A DNA stretch of 60,742 bases, the filler included, from a candidate division TA06 bacterium SM23_40 (GTDB lineage Bacteria; LJUI01; SM1-40), in NCBI GenBank assembly GCA_001303705.1. It is 6 parts of 6 records of this genome, joined end to end, with 100 filler letters (N's around TTAATTAATTAA, not from the genome) between each part and the next. Parts side by side here need not be neighbours in the genome. Positions count along the whole stretch, not along the records: positions 12,404 to 29,307 come from LJUI01000075.1; positions 29,408 to 41,198 come from LJUI01000076.1; 4 more parts are not named here. One strand, written 5' to 3'. Made by a program: the position numbers and the translations under genes. This document shows, in pieces, positions 21,901 to 30,778 of this stretch. The notes below the pieces were generated by a model that saw nothing but the letters and a program-made list of their open reading frames with translations, searched no databases and had not been told where the DNA came from. Positions within the stretch are counted from its first letter, which is position 1. Each line of letters starts with the position of its first letter.

Positions 21901-21933
21901 GATAGAAGCATGCAGCCAGAGCCCCGTGCACAC
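18907..21933 (-). CDS. Secreted S8 subtilisin-like peptidase with FlgD-Ig tail (true start probably downstream of 21933)
   Basis: Catalytic triad IDTG, HGHGT, SGTSAAAP; C-terminal QNAPNP..WDG..SGIYLY. Confidence 0.9.
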   Translation of the reverse strand: MCTGLWLHASIRLRRKISMRMKVGADNEVLARASAWMLSRIRTRTRLGSRSGVRSCCCASLLIVSLLSAAFSILTLPAGATQGADSPPEVRRAVESSDRLTPFIIVLAQQPDYEVLHARVRGLDHQARRHTVAVELRELAARTQGPVKDELARLEDQGQASGTRPLWMVNAVAAELSGRARESLESLPGVLLVEQDRALAPALDEPDACRPELGEVSSVDTSWAIHHVRADRVWRLGFRGQGRVVGMIDTGINYKHFDLAHRMWINGPEDINNNGYFESYPDSLGGDLNDVDDDGNGFLDDVVGWNFEESGPDPMDDHGHGTATASIVAGDGWAGVATGLAPEARVMALKVQLTSEFIAAMEYGVENGADLLSSSLVIPCHPTPSYSLRLAGNTLLASGTVLSQAAGNEGGYGGQYCPFPPPDEVDPPADVPAPWYPSDGSGIYIVSRHSGVLAVGASVPEDTVAYFSSRGPTDWDLAPPFDDYPFPPGLAKPDVAAPGVGLPAALLTSNWGYNYNFSGTSAAAPVNAGVVSLMLSAVPSLMPVAIDSILEATAFDIDPPGRDSSSGAGRIDAYRAVGTMRYSYPEVIGWTILDDGGDGDGRAEPGETVDWVITFLDSALWQPSAELYCYLSTDDPEIILVDSSASFGDIESGKTGDNADDPFTFTVSGGPARWATFYLRKIDGTPVVPDNLIDTLDLLIGHPSLLAVDDDGEQGFAPFYDELLRDTLGLVYDGWEVRSQGLPTGWLGNADLVLWFTGAAPESTLTQADQVALGQFLDQGGDLLLCGDNIAEEIAERPFLLDYLHTRFDSGATSDTLITGISGDPIGDGLLLVRDGPASMDVISPVAGGSTVLEYEHWGAAGVRHEGEYRSLFLAFAPELVREPSPEIQGGVELLRRALCWFGAVGVAEQRLMPVHRRHFLSQNAPNPVRHTTTITYSIPAGQRVRLRIYNMQGQLVRELVDGMVRAGIHRVDWDGLSAGGRRAASGIYLYSLEVGTERRTRKMVVLH

Positions 21934-21978
21934 TCCACGTCGATGGTGCCGCCGATCCAGGGCGACCCCCGATCAAAC

Positions 21979-22012
21979 GAAGGGGAGGCCCCTCGTGCGG
22001 GGCCTCCCCTTC
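21979..22012 (-). terminator. Hairpin between the two S8 genes
   Basis: 14-bp perfect stem GAAGGGGAGGCCCC/GGGGCCTCCCCTTC. Confidence 0.65.
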
Positions 22013-22052
22013 TCTCGATACCGTGGTAACGACCTCCCCCTATCAGGGGAGA

Positions 22053-24826
22053 TCAATTCACGACGATCATCTTCCTCGTTGCCTGAGTCCGGCCCGCCTG
22101 GAGACGGTAGAAGTATACTCCGGACGCAACCCGCTGTCCAGCACCATCTCGCCGGTCCCAGGTGACGACATGTCGGCCCGGCAGCACCGGCCCGTCGACG
22201 AGCGTGCGCACGTGCTGGCCGAGGATGTTATAGACCGTCAGGTTAGCGGCCACAGTGCGCGACTCCTCCCCGGCGCCTGCCGGAACGGCATAAGTGATGA
22301 GCGTCCTCTCGCGAACCGGGTTTGGCCGATTTTGAGCGAGCCTGAGGACTGACGGGATATCCAGCATCGGCTCCGGGCCGGATCCGACATGAGGAGGCAT
22401 GCCGAACCAGTACAGTATCCGCTCCATCACTTCCCACTTGTCGTTTGTCGGCGATGGCGGCGCATCATTGATCGCCTCCCACCCGAATCCGAAGAAGACG
22501 ACCTGATACGTGCCGGAATCGTAATGAAGGCCGGCAACCCCGCCCAATTCGTAGTAGAAGCAGCTATCTGCACCGGCCAGGACGCCGAGCTCGTCCTTGC
22601 CCGGCTGCGCATCGACGACGATGAGGAGGCTGTCCCCGATCGGGTCACCCTCTACGCCGAACAGACCGTAGTCCGGATTGGTCGGCGCGACGAGACTGGC
22701 ATGGAGATAGTCGCTCAGGAACGTCTCTCCCGAGAGCTCCTCCGCGATGTCAGTACCGCTCAGGAAGAGCTTCCCTCCTCCATCGAGGAACGAGCTGAGG
22801 AGCGCCATGTCGCTTGCCGTGAGCGTCGTCTCGCTGTCGTCGCTCGTGAACCAGATCACGAGCTCAGCGGTCGGAACGTAGGAGTCGGGGCTCCCCTGCT
22901 CGGCGACGTCCCAGATGTCGTACAGCATATCGAAGGTATCCCCGAGCACATCCTCATACGCGACCTCGGCATCGTCCCCGCCATCGTCATCGACGAGGAG
23001 GATTGCCGGGTGGTCGATGAGAACAGAGAGCGTATCCTCGCGGTTGTTCGGGGGAGGCGGGTTATCCGCATCCTTCCATAGTACGAATGTCACCCATCGC
23101 GGCTCACCGCCGTCTACCCTGAACTGGAATGGATTGGAGGTATTGCTCCCGAACCACCCTGCGAAGATATCGGGGAACGTCGCCACCGAGTCGACGATCG
23201 TGATGTCCGGATCATCAGTGCGCAGCCTTCCCTCGATGTTCGCGGCGTCGAGCCACGGCTGGTAGTTGCGGAGCTGGACGATGAAGTCGACCGTCTCGCC
23301 CACCTCTGCCCGGTCGTTGGGGTTGGCAGCGCCGCTGTCATCGACCCAGTAGACCTCGGTGTCGAGGAACGAGTACAGGTGGCTGCCAAGCGCCTGGTAC
23401 GCGTTGATCCGCCCGGTGCCGAGCATGCCCTCATACCCCGGATTGAGCGAGTCGATATCCTCCGCTGTATCCTTTATCCTCGCTATCACTTCATCGACCG
23501 CCAGCCCGGGAGACTGCGACCTGATAAGCCCGGCCAGCCCGGTTACGAAGGGCGCAGACATCGACGTCCCCTGGAGGTCCGCATAACCGTCGTTGAAGAA
23601 CGTGCTCATGATGCCTACGCCGGGGGCGCTCACATCGACCCACGCCCCGTAGTTGGAGAACCCCGCCTTCACATCCTGCTGGTTTGTGGCGGCAACAGAC
23701 AGGACGGTATCGGCCATGATGTCGACTACGTCGGGAGCATTCAGATTGTCGTTGCCGGCGGAATGGACCATCACCACGCCCGCCGCGTATGCATCCCGCA
23801 TCGCCTGCATGATCACCCCGCCACTCGTGTCATAGCTCATGTTGATGGCGGTCACGCTCTTCTGGATACCATAGGCGATACCGCTTACCGCAAATGACAT
23901 GTTTATCAGGCCGGTCTGACAGTCAGGAGCCTGCCATCCCACCCGGAGCGGCATGATCCGGCAGTCACGTGCCATGCCGGCAACACCGACTCCGTTGTTC
24001 GTCACGGCCGCGGCGATGCCGGAGACGTGCGTTCCGTGACCGTCGAAGTCCATGGGATCGTTGTCTGCCGTATAGTCCTCGCCGGGACAGACTTGGCTCG
24101 GGCTGAGCGTCACAAAATCCCACCCGATGACGTCGTCGATATACCCGTTCCCGTCGTCATCGAAGTTATTGATGTCGCCTCCCTGGGCCTCGGGAATGGT
24201 GTCGAACTGCCCGTTGCCATTGATGTCCTCGAGCCAATTGATCCAGATATCGGCGGCAAGATCGGGGGGATCCCAATCGACGCCCGTGTCGGTGATCCCC
24301 ACGACGACCGTCGTATCCCACGTCGAAAGGTCCCACGCCTCGGGCCCATCGACATCGTGGTCGTTTTGTTGCCGAAGACCCCACTGTTGATAGAACCGCG
24401 GGTCGTTCGGGACCTCGTGGAGGCGGCAGACATCCCTGCATAGGTGCGGGCCGCGGCGACCAAATCGGCCTCTCCCGCGAGCTTCAGTAGATAGGCGCCG
24501 GCAAGTTTCTCCAGGGTTACTCTCCCTTGAAGCAGACCGATATTGACGAGGGGCCTCATGTCCAGGACGCCGAACTGCTCGTTGAGTGCGGCGAGCGCGC
24601 CCCGGGCATTATCCCTCCCCTCGGCCGTGATCGCCGAATACCCTTCAGATGCTGCCATTCCGACGATGAGATGCCCTTCCATATACCCGACCGCCGGGGA
24701 AGGCACCTGATCAGTGTAGACGACCTCTTGGGCCTGGGCCGAAACCACCGAGACCACCAGCAACGCCATTGCGGCCCAGCAGGCGAGACCGACATCTCCA
24801 CGCACATTCATCCTAGGCATTGTCAT
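22053..24826 (-). pseudogene. Secreted S8 peptidase with FlgD-Ig tail, frameshifted near 24431 (possible assembly error)
   Basis: Signal and propeptide in the 24826 frame; VPNDP..W, TDTG, GHGTHVSG, GTSMSAP continue in the 24302 frame. Confidence 0.8.
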
Positions 24827-25253
24827 CCTCCTCAGTTCGCTCAGTTCACAGCCCCCCCTACCCGGCGCCGCTGACCCTCGCTTGGGCAGATCAACGCGAA
24901 GACCTCAACCACGCCCACGCTGGGCCTCATCCCGCGCGGGGAGACCGCTGCCAGCATTATGGTTCACTCTGTGCCCTCCTCACAGACGATCTGACTCTTC
25001 CCCGTTCATGGGTCGAGTGAAGACGGCACATCACCATATGGTAACAACCGTAGAAAAGAAAATGACTCCCGCGATCCTCTCGCCGCTCCCCGAGATCTAT
25101 CAAAGTCGAGGATATTGACCGGGTCTGGGAGAGGAGTAAGGCCTTGTTCAGGCCGGGAGGCACATCCAGGGACCTTTGAGAGGGGACCGATCGATGTGAT
25201 CGGTGACCGACGGAAGACCGGAAAGGCAGTATGCTCCTTCCGAATGCACACCA

Positions 25254-25282
25254 AGTATAAGGGATGCGACCGCCTGAGGCAA
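25254..25282 (-). promoter_or_regulatory. Putative promoter TTGCCT-17-TATACT for the S8 peptidase
   Basis: Good -10 and partial -35 at 17 bp. Confidence 0.45.
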
Positions 25283-25475
25283 GGAAATTCTCGGGCGTCC
25301 CCGGTAGGATCGAGCCGCTCCATATCCCCTGAAGATAGAGGAGGTTGCCGTCTATTTCCAGCTCTTGAGGGGCGGTACCCGGCCACGCTGCCCGCCCATG
25401 ACCGTTGCTACGTCCGCAACCTGCCATCGCGCGCCTATGCGCACGACGAGACCCCTCTCGCGGGAGCAAGACACC

Positions 25476-25611
25476 GAACTTGACGTCAGGGCGAGAAGAG
25501 GCTAATATCGTTAGCCTCTTCTCGCTAAAATGTCAAGTTCCGCCACTATTCGGTTGACAACACGGCGACATAAGGCTAAAGTTATCTACCCTAACTCACC
25601 CCTTTGTCAAC
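25476..25611 (+). promoter_or_regulatory. Two tandem promoters (TTGACG-17-TAATAT, TTGACA-17-TAAAGT) within inverted repeats; likely AbiEi operator
   Basis: 15-bp perfect IR 25491-25525 inside GAACTTGAC/GTCAAGTTC; second IR GTTGACAA/TTGTCAAC. Confidence 0.7.
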
Positions 25612-25624
25612 TGGAGCCGAACCA

Positions 25625-26431
25625 ATGAAGTTGAACAAGTTCTTCTCAACACATCCTGTATTCACGGTCTCAGAACTCGATAAGTTCCTCGCGCAACAAG
25701 GGTCCCGTAATCATTGGACCCGCAAGGCTCTCCTCGCCCACCACCGGAAGCAAGGACGCATCCTGCCGGTGCGTCGAGGCCTGTACGCAGTCGTACCCCC
25801 GGGGGCATCTCCTGATACGTGCCCGGTCGATCCGTATCTGCTTGCAGCCAGGATGACTGACGATGCAGTGCTCGGTTACCACACGGCTCTAGAGTTCCAT
25901 GGCAATGCCTACTCTGTCTACGAGCAGTTCTTCTATTTGGCTGAACGAAAATCGGCTCCGGCAACGTTCCGCTCATATCGGTTCCGCTGCGTCCTGTTCC
26001 CCAGGAAACTTCGGGCTCAGGGGAAGATGAACTTCGGAGTCCAGGTTGGCGAACGAGCCGGGATCCCAGTTCGGGTCACAAGTCTCGAGCGCACATTGGT
26101 CGACGTCCTTGACCGACCCGATCTCGGGGGCAGCTGGGAAGAGATATGGCGCTCGCTGGAGTCAGTGGAGTTCTTCGATCTGAACCGGGTCGTCGATTAC
26201 GCCCTCCTTCTCGGCAATGCGACGACCGTGGCCAAGGTGGGTTTCTTTCTGGATCAGCATCGCGATGCCCTCATGGTCGAGGAGGCCCATCTCCGTCCTC
26301 TGCGCGACCATCGACCGCGAAACCCCCATTACCTGAGCCGCGGTGCTAGAAAGCCCGGGCACTTCATACCCGATTGGAACCTGATCGTGCCAGCCGCAGT
26401 ACTCGAGCGGTCTTGGGCGGAGGTCAGATGA
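25625..26431 (+). CDS. abiEi: Type IV TA antitoxin, AbiEi family
   Basis: RRGLY, LGYHTALEFHG, VTSLERTLVD motifs; ATGA overlap with the toxin gene. Confidence 0.85.
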   Translation: MKLNKFFSTHPVFTVSELDKFLAQQGSRNHWTRKALLAHHRKQGRILPVRRGLYAVVPPGASPDTCPVDPYLLAARMTDDAVLGYHTALEFHGNAYSVYEQFFYLAERKSAPATFRSYRFRCVLFPRKLRAQGKMNFGVQVGERAGIPVRVTSLERTLVDVLDRPDLGGSWEEIWRSLESVEFFDLNRVVDYALLLGNATTVAKVGFFLDQHRDALMVEEAHLRPLRDHRPRNPHYLSRGARKPGHFIPDWNLIVPAAVLERSWAEVR

Positions 26432-27396
26432 GAATCTCGAAGGAGAGACTAGTCTCCGAGGCCGAGGCGACTGGATTCCGGGCCGAAGTCATGGAAAAGG
26501 CCATCCATCTACTCAACCTGCTCGAGAGCCTTGGCAGGCACCCATTTCTCCAGAGTCGTCTGGCGCTCAAGGGCGGCACGGCTCTGAATCTGTTCGTATT
26601 CGACGTTCCACGTCTATCTGTCGACCTGGACCTCAACTACATCGGTGCTGCTGACAGGAACCTGATGCTTGAGGAACGACCAAAGATCGAGAAAGCGATC
26701 CGAGCGGTCTGCGCGCGTGAAGACCTTGCTGTCCGTCGCGTCCCAGAAGATCACGCTGGAGGAAAGTGGGTACTCCGCTATCGAAGCGCCCTCGGGCTCG
26801 GAGGGAACCTCGAGATCGACTTGAATTTCATGTTTCGCATCCCCCTATGGCCACCTGTCGTTAGAGACTCCCGCTCGGTCGGTTCGTACAGAGCTTCGGG
26901 GATACTAACGCTCGATACCCACGAGCTCGCAGCCAGCAAGCTCGTGGCTCTGCTGACCCGCCGGCAGGCGCGAGATCTCTTTGACGTGCACCAGCTCCTG
27001 ACGCGCCTCGAACTGGATCGCCAGAATCTAAGACCGGCGTTCGTCGCTCTCGGTGCCACGACCCGGACGGACTGGCGAACGATCTCCACAGATGATGTAG
27101 ATTTCACGGTAGATGAGCTCAGAAACCACCTGATACCGATGCTGCGCAGTCCCTCCCCACTGAGCGTCAAGCAGACGGCGGAATGGGGAGGCCGTCTGGT
27201 TGACGAATGTCGTCGGACGTTCGAGATCGTGCTCCCACTCTCAGGCCGCGAATTGCAGTTCCTGGATCGACTGCTCGATGCTGGCGAGATCGATCCTTCG
27301 CTCCTCACCTCAGACGAAGCCCTGAGCGACAGAATCAGGCGTCACCCTCTCCTACAATGGAAAGCCCTCAACATCAGACAATACAAGGGCAAATGA
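26428..27396 (+). CDS. abiEii: Type IV TA toxin, AbiEii nucleotidyltransferase
   Basis: LKGGTALNL, RLSVDLDL, K..AL..R..ARDLFD. Confidence 0.9.
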   Translation: MRISKERLVSEAEATGFRAEVMEKAIHLLNLLESLGRHPFLQSRLALKGGTALNLFVFDVPRLSVDLDLNYIGAADRNLMLEERPKIEKAIRAVCAREDLAVRRVPEDHAGGKWVLRYRSALGLGGNLEIDLNFMFRIPLWPPVVRDSRSVGSYRASGILTLDTHELAASKLVALLTRRQARDLFDVHQLLTRLELDRQNLRPAFVALGATTRTDWRTISTDDVDFTVDELRNHLIPMLRSPSPLSVKQTAEWGGRLVDECRRTFEIVLPLSGRELQFLDRLLDAGEIDPSLLTSDEALSDRIRRHPLLQWKALNIRQYKGK

Positions 27397-27426
27397 CCGA
27401 TCTGGTACAGACGCAGAGCTGAAGGC

Positions 27427-29307
27427 CTAATGAGCCTTCCTGATGCACATCGCCCTCCCGATCCGCCTGCACCGCACAGTCCGGGACCCAACCTCTATGG
27501 TTCTCCGGGAAACATGCCAATCTCCTGACGCAAGGCTCACGAACACGGCTATGTCACAGCCCAGAGCTCCGCGGCTCAGAGAAAGCCATACCTCGACTAG
27601 ATTGTTCACTGTTCCAGGCGGATATGGAGTCTTCGGGAAGGGAATCACATCGCGGATGTTGGCCCTCCCGGCTGCAAGCATGACGATCCGGTCCACACCG
27701 GGAGCTATGCCGCCGTGGGGAGGAGCTCCATAGTTGAATGCCTCGAGCAGATATCCATACTTGCGTTCCGCATCCTCGCGGCTGATCCCGACTACCTTCA
27801 TCACCCGCTCCTGTATCTCACGGCGGTGAATCCTGATGGAGCCGGAGGCCAACTCGACACCATTGCAGACAAGGTCATAAAGATATGCGCGCACCCGGCC
27901 GGGGTCCGTCTCAAGCAGATCCATATCCTCTTCCCGGGGCATACTGAACATATGGTGGGTCGCGGTCCACGCCCCGACATCCTCATCCCACTCGAACAGA
28001 GGGAATTCCGTTATCCAGCAGAACCGGAAGACGTCTTCCGGGATGAGGCCGAGCTCCTTCCCGAGTGAGGTGCGGAGCACTCCCAAGGCCCGCTCGACCG
28101 TCCGCTTCCTCCCCGCGACAAATAAGATCAGGTCTCCCTCCTCGACCTCCATCTTCTTCTCCATCGCCCCGGTCCATTCCGCGCTCAGGAACTTGGCCGA
28201 TGGGCCGGTCGTCTTTCCCTCTTTTCGCTTCAGCCAGACGAGCCCTCCCGCGCCATGCTCCTTTATGAGTCGTTCCCACCGGTCGAGCGCGCTCCGGGCC
28301 GTCTGCGCTCCTCCCTTCACATTGAGTCCTCTCACGACACCGCCGTCGGCGAGAACCTTGTCGAACACCCCGAACCCCGACTCAGTGCCGAGATGCGAGA
28401 GATCGACGATCTCGAGCCCGAACCGGATATCGGGCTTATCGGTTCCGAACCGGAGCATCGCCTCGGCGAACGGGATGCGGGGGAACGGGGGACCGAGATC
28501 GGCACCGAGCGTCTCCTTAAAGACGTAGCGGAACATCTCCTCCGCCATCGCCAGCACGTCCTCTTCTTCGACAAAGCTCATCTCGATGTCGATCTGAGTA
28601 TGTTCGGGCTGCCGGTCGGCCCGCATATCCTCGTCGCGCAGGCACCGGGCGATCTGAAAGTACCGATCGAACCCGGCCACCATGAGGAGCTGCTTATATA
28701 TCTGCGGAGATTGCGCCAGGCAGTAGAACTTGCCGGGATGGATCCGGCTGGGGACGAGGAAATCGCGTGCCCCTTCAGGAGTGGTGCGGGTGAGGATCGG
28801 CGTCTCTATCTCCACGAACCCATGCGATGAGAGGTATCTCCGCAGCGCCTGGCTGATCTCATGCCGCAACACGATCGTACGCTGCATCGACGGCCGCCTC
28901 AGATCGAGGTACCGATACCGCAGACGAAGTTCCTCTCCCGCCCGTTCCTCGTCCTCGATGACGAACGGAGGAGTGAGCGACTCATTCAGAATCTCGATCT
29001 GGCGCGCCCGGACCTCGATCTCTCCTGTGGGCAGGTTCGGGTTGGCCATGCCCGCCGGACGCTCGCGCACGGTCCCCTGCACGGCGATCACATACTCCCC
29101 TTTCAGGCGGCGAGCCTGCGCGTGGAGCTCGGGGCCATCGGCAGGATCGAATACAACCTGCGTGACGCCGTACCGGTCTCTCATGTCGATGAAGATGAGC
29201 CCTCCATGGTCGCGGCGCCTAGCCACCCACCCCGTGAGCACAGCGGTTTCGCCGACCTGCTCCTTGCGGAGCTCACCACACGTATGGGTCCTCTTGAGAT
29301 ATCTCTG
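27427..29307 (-). CDS. aspS: Aspartate-tRNA ligase, probably non-discriminating; 5' cut by contig end, aberrant tail after FPKT
   Basis: RTHTCGEL, RRRDHGG, TPEGARDF, LAQSPQ, GAPPHGGIA; His and Gly at the non-discriminating positions. Confidence 0.95.
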   Translation of the reverse strand, partial: QRYLKRTHTCGELRKEQVGETAVLTGWVARRRDHGGLIFIDMRDRYGVTQVVFDPADGPELHAQARRLKGEYVIAVQGTVRERPAGMANPNLPTGEIEVRARQIEILNESLTPPFVIEDEERAGEELRLRYRYLDLRRPSMQRTIVLRHEISQALRRYLSSHGFVEIETPILTRTTPEGARDFLVPSRIHPGKFYCLAQSPQIYKQLLMVAGFDRYFQIARCLRDEDMRADRQPEHTQIDIEMSFVEEEDVLAMAEEMFRYVFKETLGADLGPPFPRIPFAEAMLRFGTDKPDIRFGLEIVDLSHLGTESGFGVFDKVLADGGVVRGLNVKGGAQTARSALDRWERLIKEHGAGGLVWLKRKEGKTTGPSAKFLSAEWTGAMEKKMEVEEGDLILFVAGRKRTVERALGVLRTSLGKELGLIPEDVFRFCWITEFPLFEWDEDVGAWTATHHMFSMPREEDMDLLETDPGRVRAYLYDLVCNGVELASGSIRIHRREIQERVMKVVGISREDAERKYGYLLEAFNYGAPPHGGIAPGVDRIVMLAAGRANIRDVIPFPKTPYPPGTVNNLVEVWLSLSRGALGCDIAVFVSLASGDWHVSRRTIEVGSRTVRCRRIGRAMCIRKAH

Positions 29308-29407
29308 NNNNNNNNNNNNNNNNNNNNNNNNNNNNNNNNNNNNNNNNNNNNTTAATTAATTAANNNNNNNNNNNNNNNNNNNNNNNNNNNNNNNNNNNNN
29401 NNNNNNN
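29308..29407. other. Artificial contig spacer
   Basis: N44-TTAATTAATTAA-N44. Confidence 0.98.
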
Positions 29408-29419
29408 AGCTCGGTCTAT

Positions 29420-30673
29420 ATGCCTCGGAGAATCGGCTTTGTGTCAACCCGTCTCGCGGGGACGGATGGTGTTTCCCTTGAAGCGGCCAAGTGGAGCCGC
29501 TTCTTCGAGAAGAATGGGGCCACCTGCTTCTACCTGGCGGGAAAGCTCGACTGGCCGGAGGAACGGTCGCTCCTTGTGGAAGAGGCTCACTTCACCCACC
29601 CGCTCATCAAGGAGATATACGACCGGTGCTTTGTGATGCAGACCCGCGATCGCTCCCTCACCCAGGTGATCAACGAAGTGAAGGAGCGGCTCAAGGAGCA
29701 GCTCTATCGGTTCATCAACGAGTTCAAGATTCAACTTCTCGTGACGGAGAATGCGCTCTCCATACCACTGAACATACCGCTTGGGCTTGCCATCTGCGAG
29801 GTGATCTCTGAGACCGGGATCCCCACGATCGGGCATCACCACGATCTCTACTGGGAGCGCAAACGGTTTCTCACGAATGTCGTCTGGGAGTACCTCAATA
29901 TGGCGTTCCCACCTCACCTGCCCACGATACGCCATGTTGTGTTGAACTCCTCGGCAGCGCACCAACTCGGCCTGAGGAGGGGGATAGCGGCGAGGATCAT
30001 TCCCAACGTGATGGATTTCGAGAATCCACCTCCGCCTCTCGATGACTATGCGCTCGATGTGCGGCAAGCATTCGGCATTGCTGACGATGAGACATTCGTG
30101 CTCCAGCCGACGAGGGTCGTCAAGCGGAAGGGGATCGAGCACGCTATCGAGCTCGTGAGGCGTCTGGGGACGAAGGCGAAGCTGGTGATATCGTACGCCT
30201 CCGACGACGAGGGGCACGATTATGAGCAAAGAGTCCGTCAGTACTCGCAGCTCATGGGTGTCGACACCCTTTTCGAATCGGCCCTGATAGCAGATCGCCG
30301 GAGTACCACCGAGACGGGACAGAAAGTGTATACGATCTGGGATGTCTATCCCCACGCCGATCTCGTGACCTATCCCTCGACCTTTGAGGGCTTCGGCAAC
30401 GCGTTCCTGGAGGCGATCTACTACCGGAGCCCGATCGTCGTCAATAACTACTCGATCTTCGCCACGGATCTGAAGCCGAAGGGATTCAGGGTGATCGAGC
30501 TGGATGACTATGTGACGGACGAGGCGGTCGAGTTCACCAGGAGAGTGCTGTCGGATCCGGATCTGGCCCGGGAGATGGCAGACCACAACTACGAGCTCGG
30601 GCGGCGGTACTATTCGTTTTCTTCTCTGGCCAGGCGGCTCGAGTCGCTCCTCTGTGACCTGTTCGGAGTCTAG
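29420..30673 (+). CDS. GT4 glycosyltransferase, mannosylglucosylglycerate synthase-like
   Basis: GTDGVSLE..KW, HHHD.YWER, PTRVVKRKGIE, EGFGNAFLEA. Confidence 0.85.
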   Translation: MPRRIGFVSTRLAGTDGVSLEAAKWSRFFEKNGATCFYLAGKLDWPEERSLLVEEAHFTHPLIKEIYDRCFVMQTRDRSLTQVINEVKERLKEQLYRFINEFKIQLLVTENALSIPLNIPLGLAICEVISETGIPTIGHHHDLYWERKRFLTNVVWEYLNMAFPPHLPTIRHVVLNSSAAHQLGLRRGIAARIIPNVMDFENPPPPLDDYALDVRQAFGIADDETFVLQPTRVVKRKGIEHAIELVRRLGTKAKLVISYASDDEGHDYEQRVRQYSQLMGVDTLFESALIADRRSTTETGQKVYTIWDVYPHADLVTYPSTFEGFGNAFLEAIYYRSPIVVNNYSIFATDLKPKGFRVIELDDYVTDEAVEFTRRVLSDPDLAREMADHNYELGRRYYSFSSLARRLESLLCDLFGV

Positions 30674-30728
30674 GCTCAGGATCGATATGGTGTTTTTCGG
30701 TTGCTGATACTGAAGAGATTCTCGCACA

Positions 30729-30774
30729 CGCCGACCACGGAGAAGGGAGAGGCGCCAACCACTGAGAAGGGAGA
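30729..30774 (+). repeat. Two 22-bp copies at 24-bp period that include the RBS of the cytochrome gene
   Basis: CGCCGACCACGGAGAAGGGAGA / CGCCAACCACTGAGAAGGGAGA (20/22). Confidence 0.75.
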
Positions 30775-30778
30775 CGCG

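Noticed and set aside
24957..25483. ORFs upstream of the S8 gene as a displaced aspS tail or as real genes
   Set aside because: No convincing AspS C-terminal motif and no coding signature; the region holds promoters
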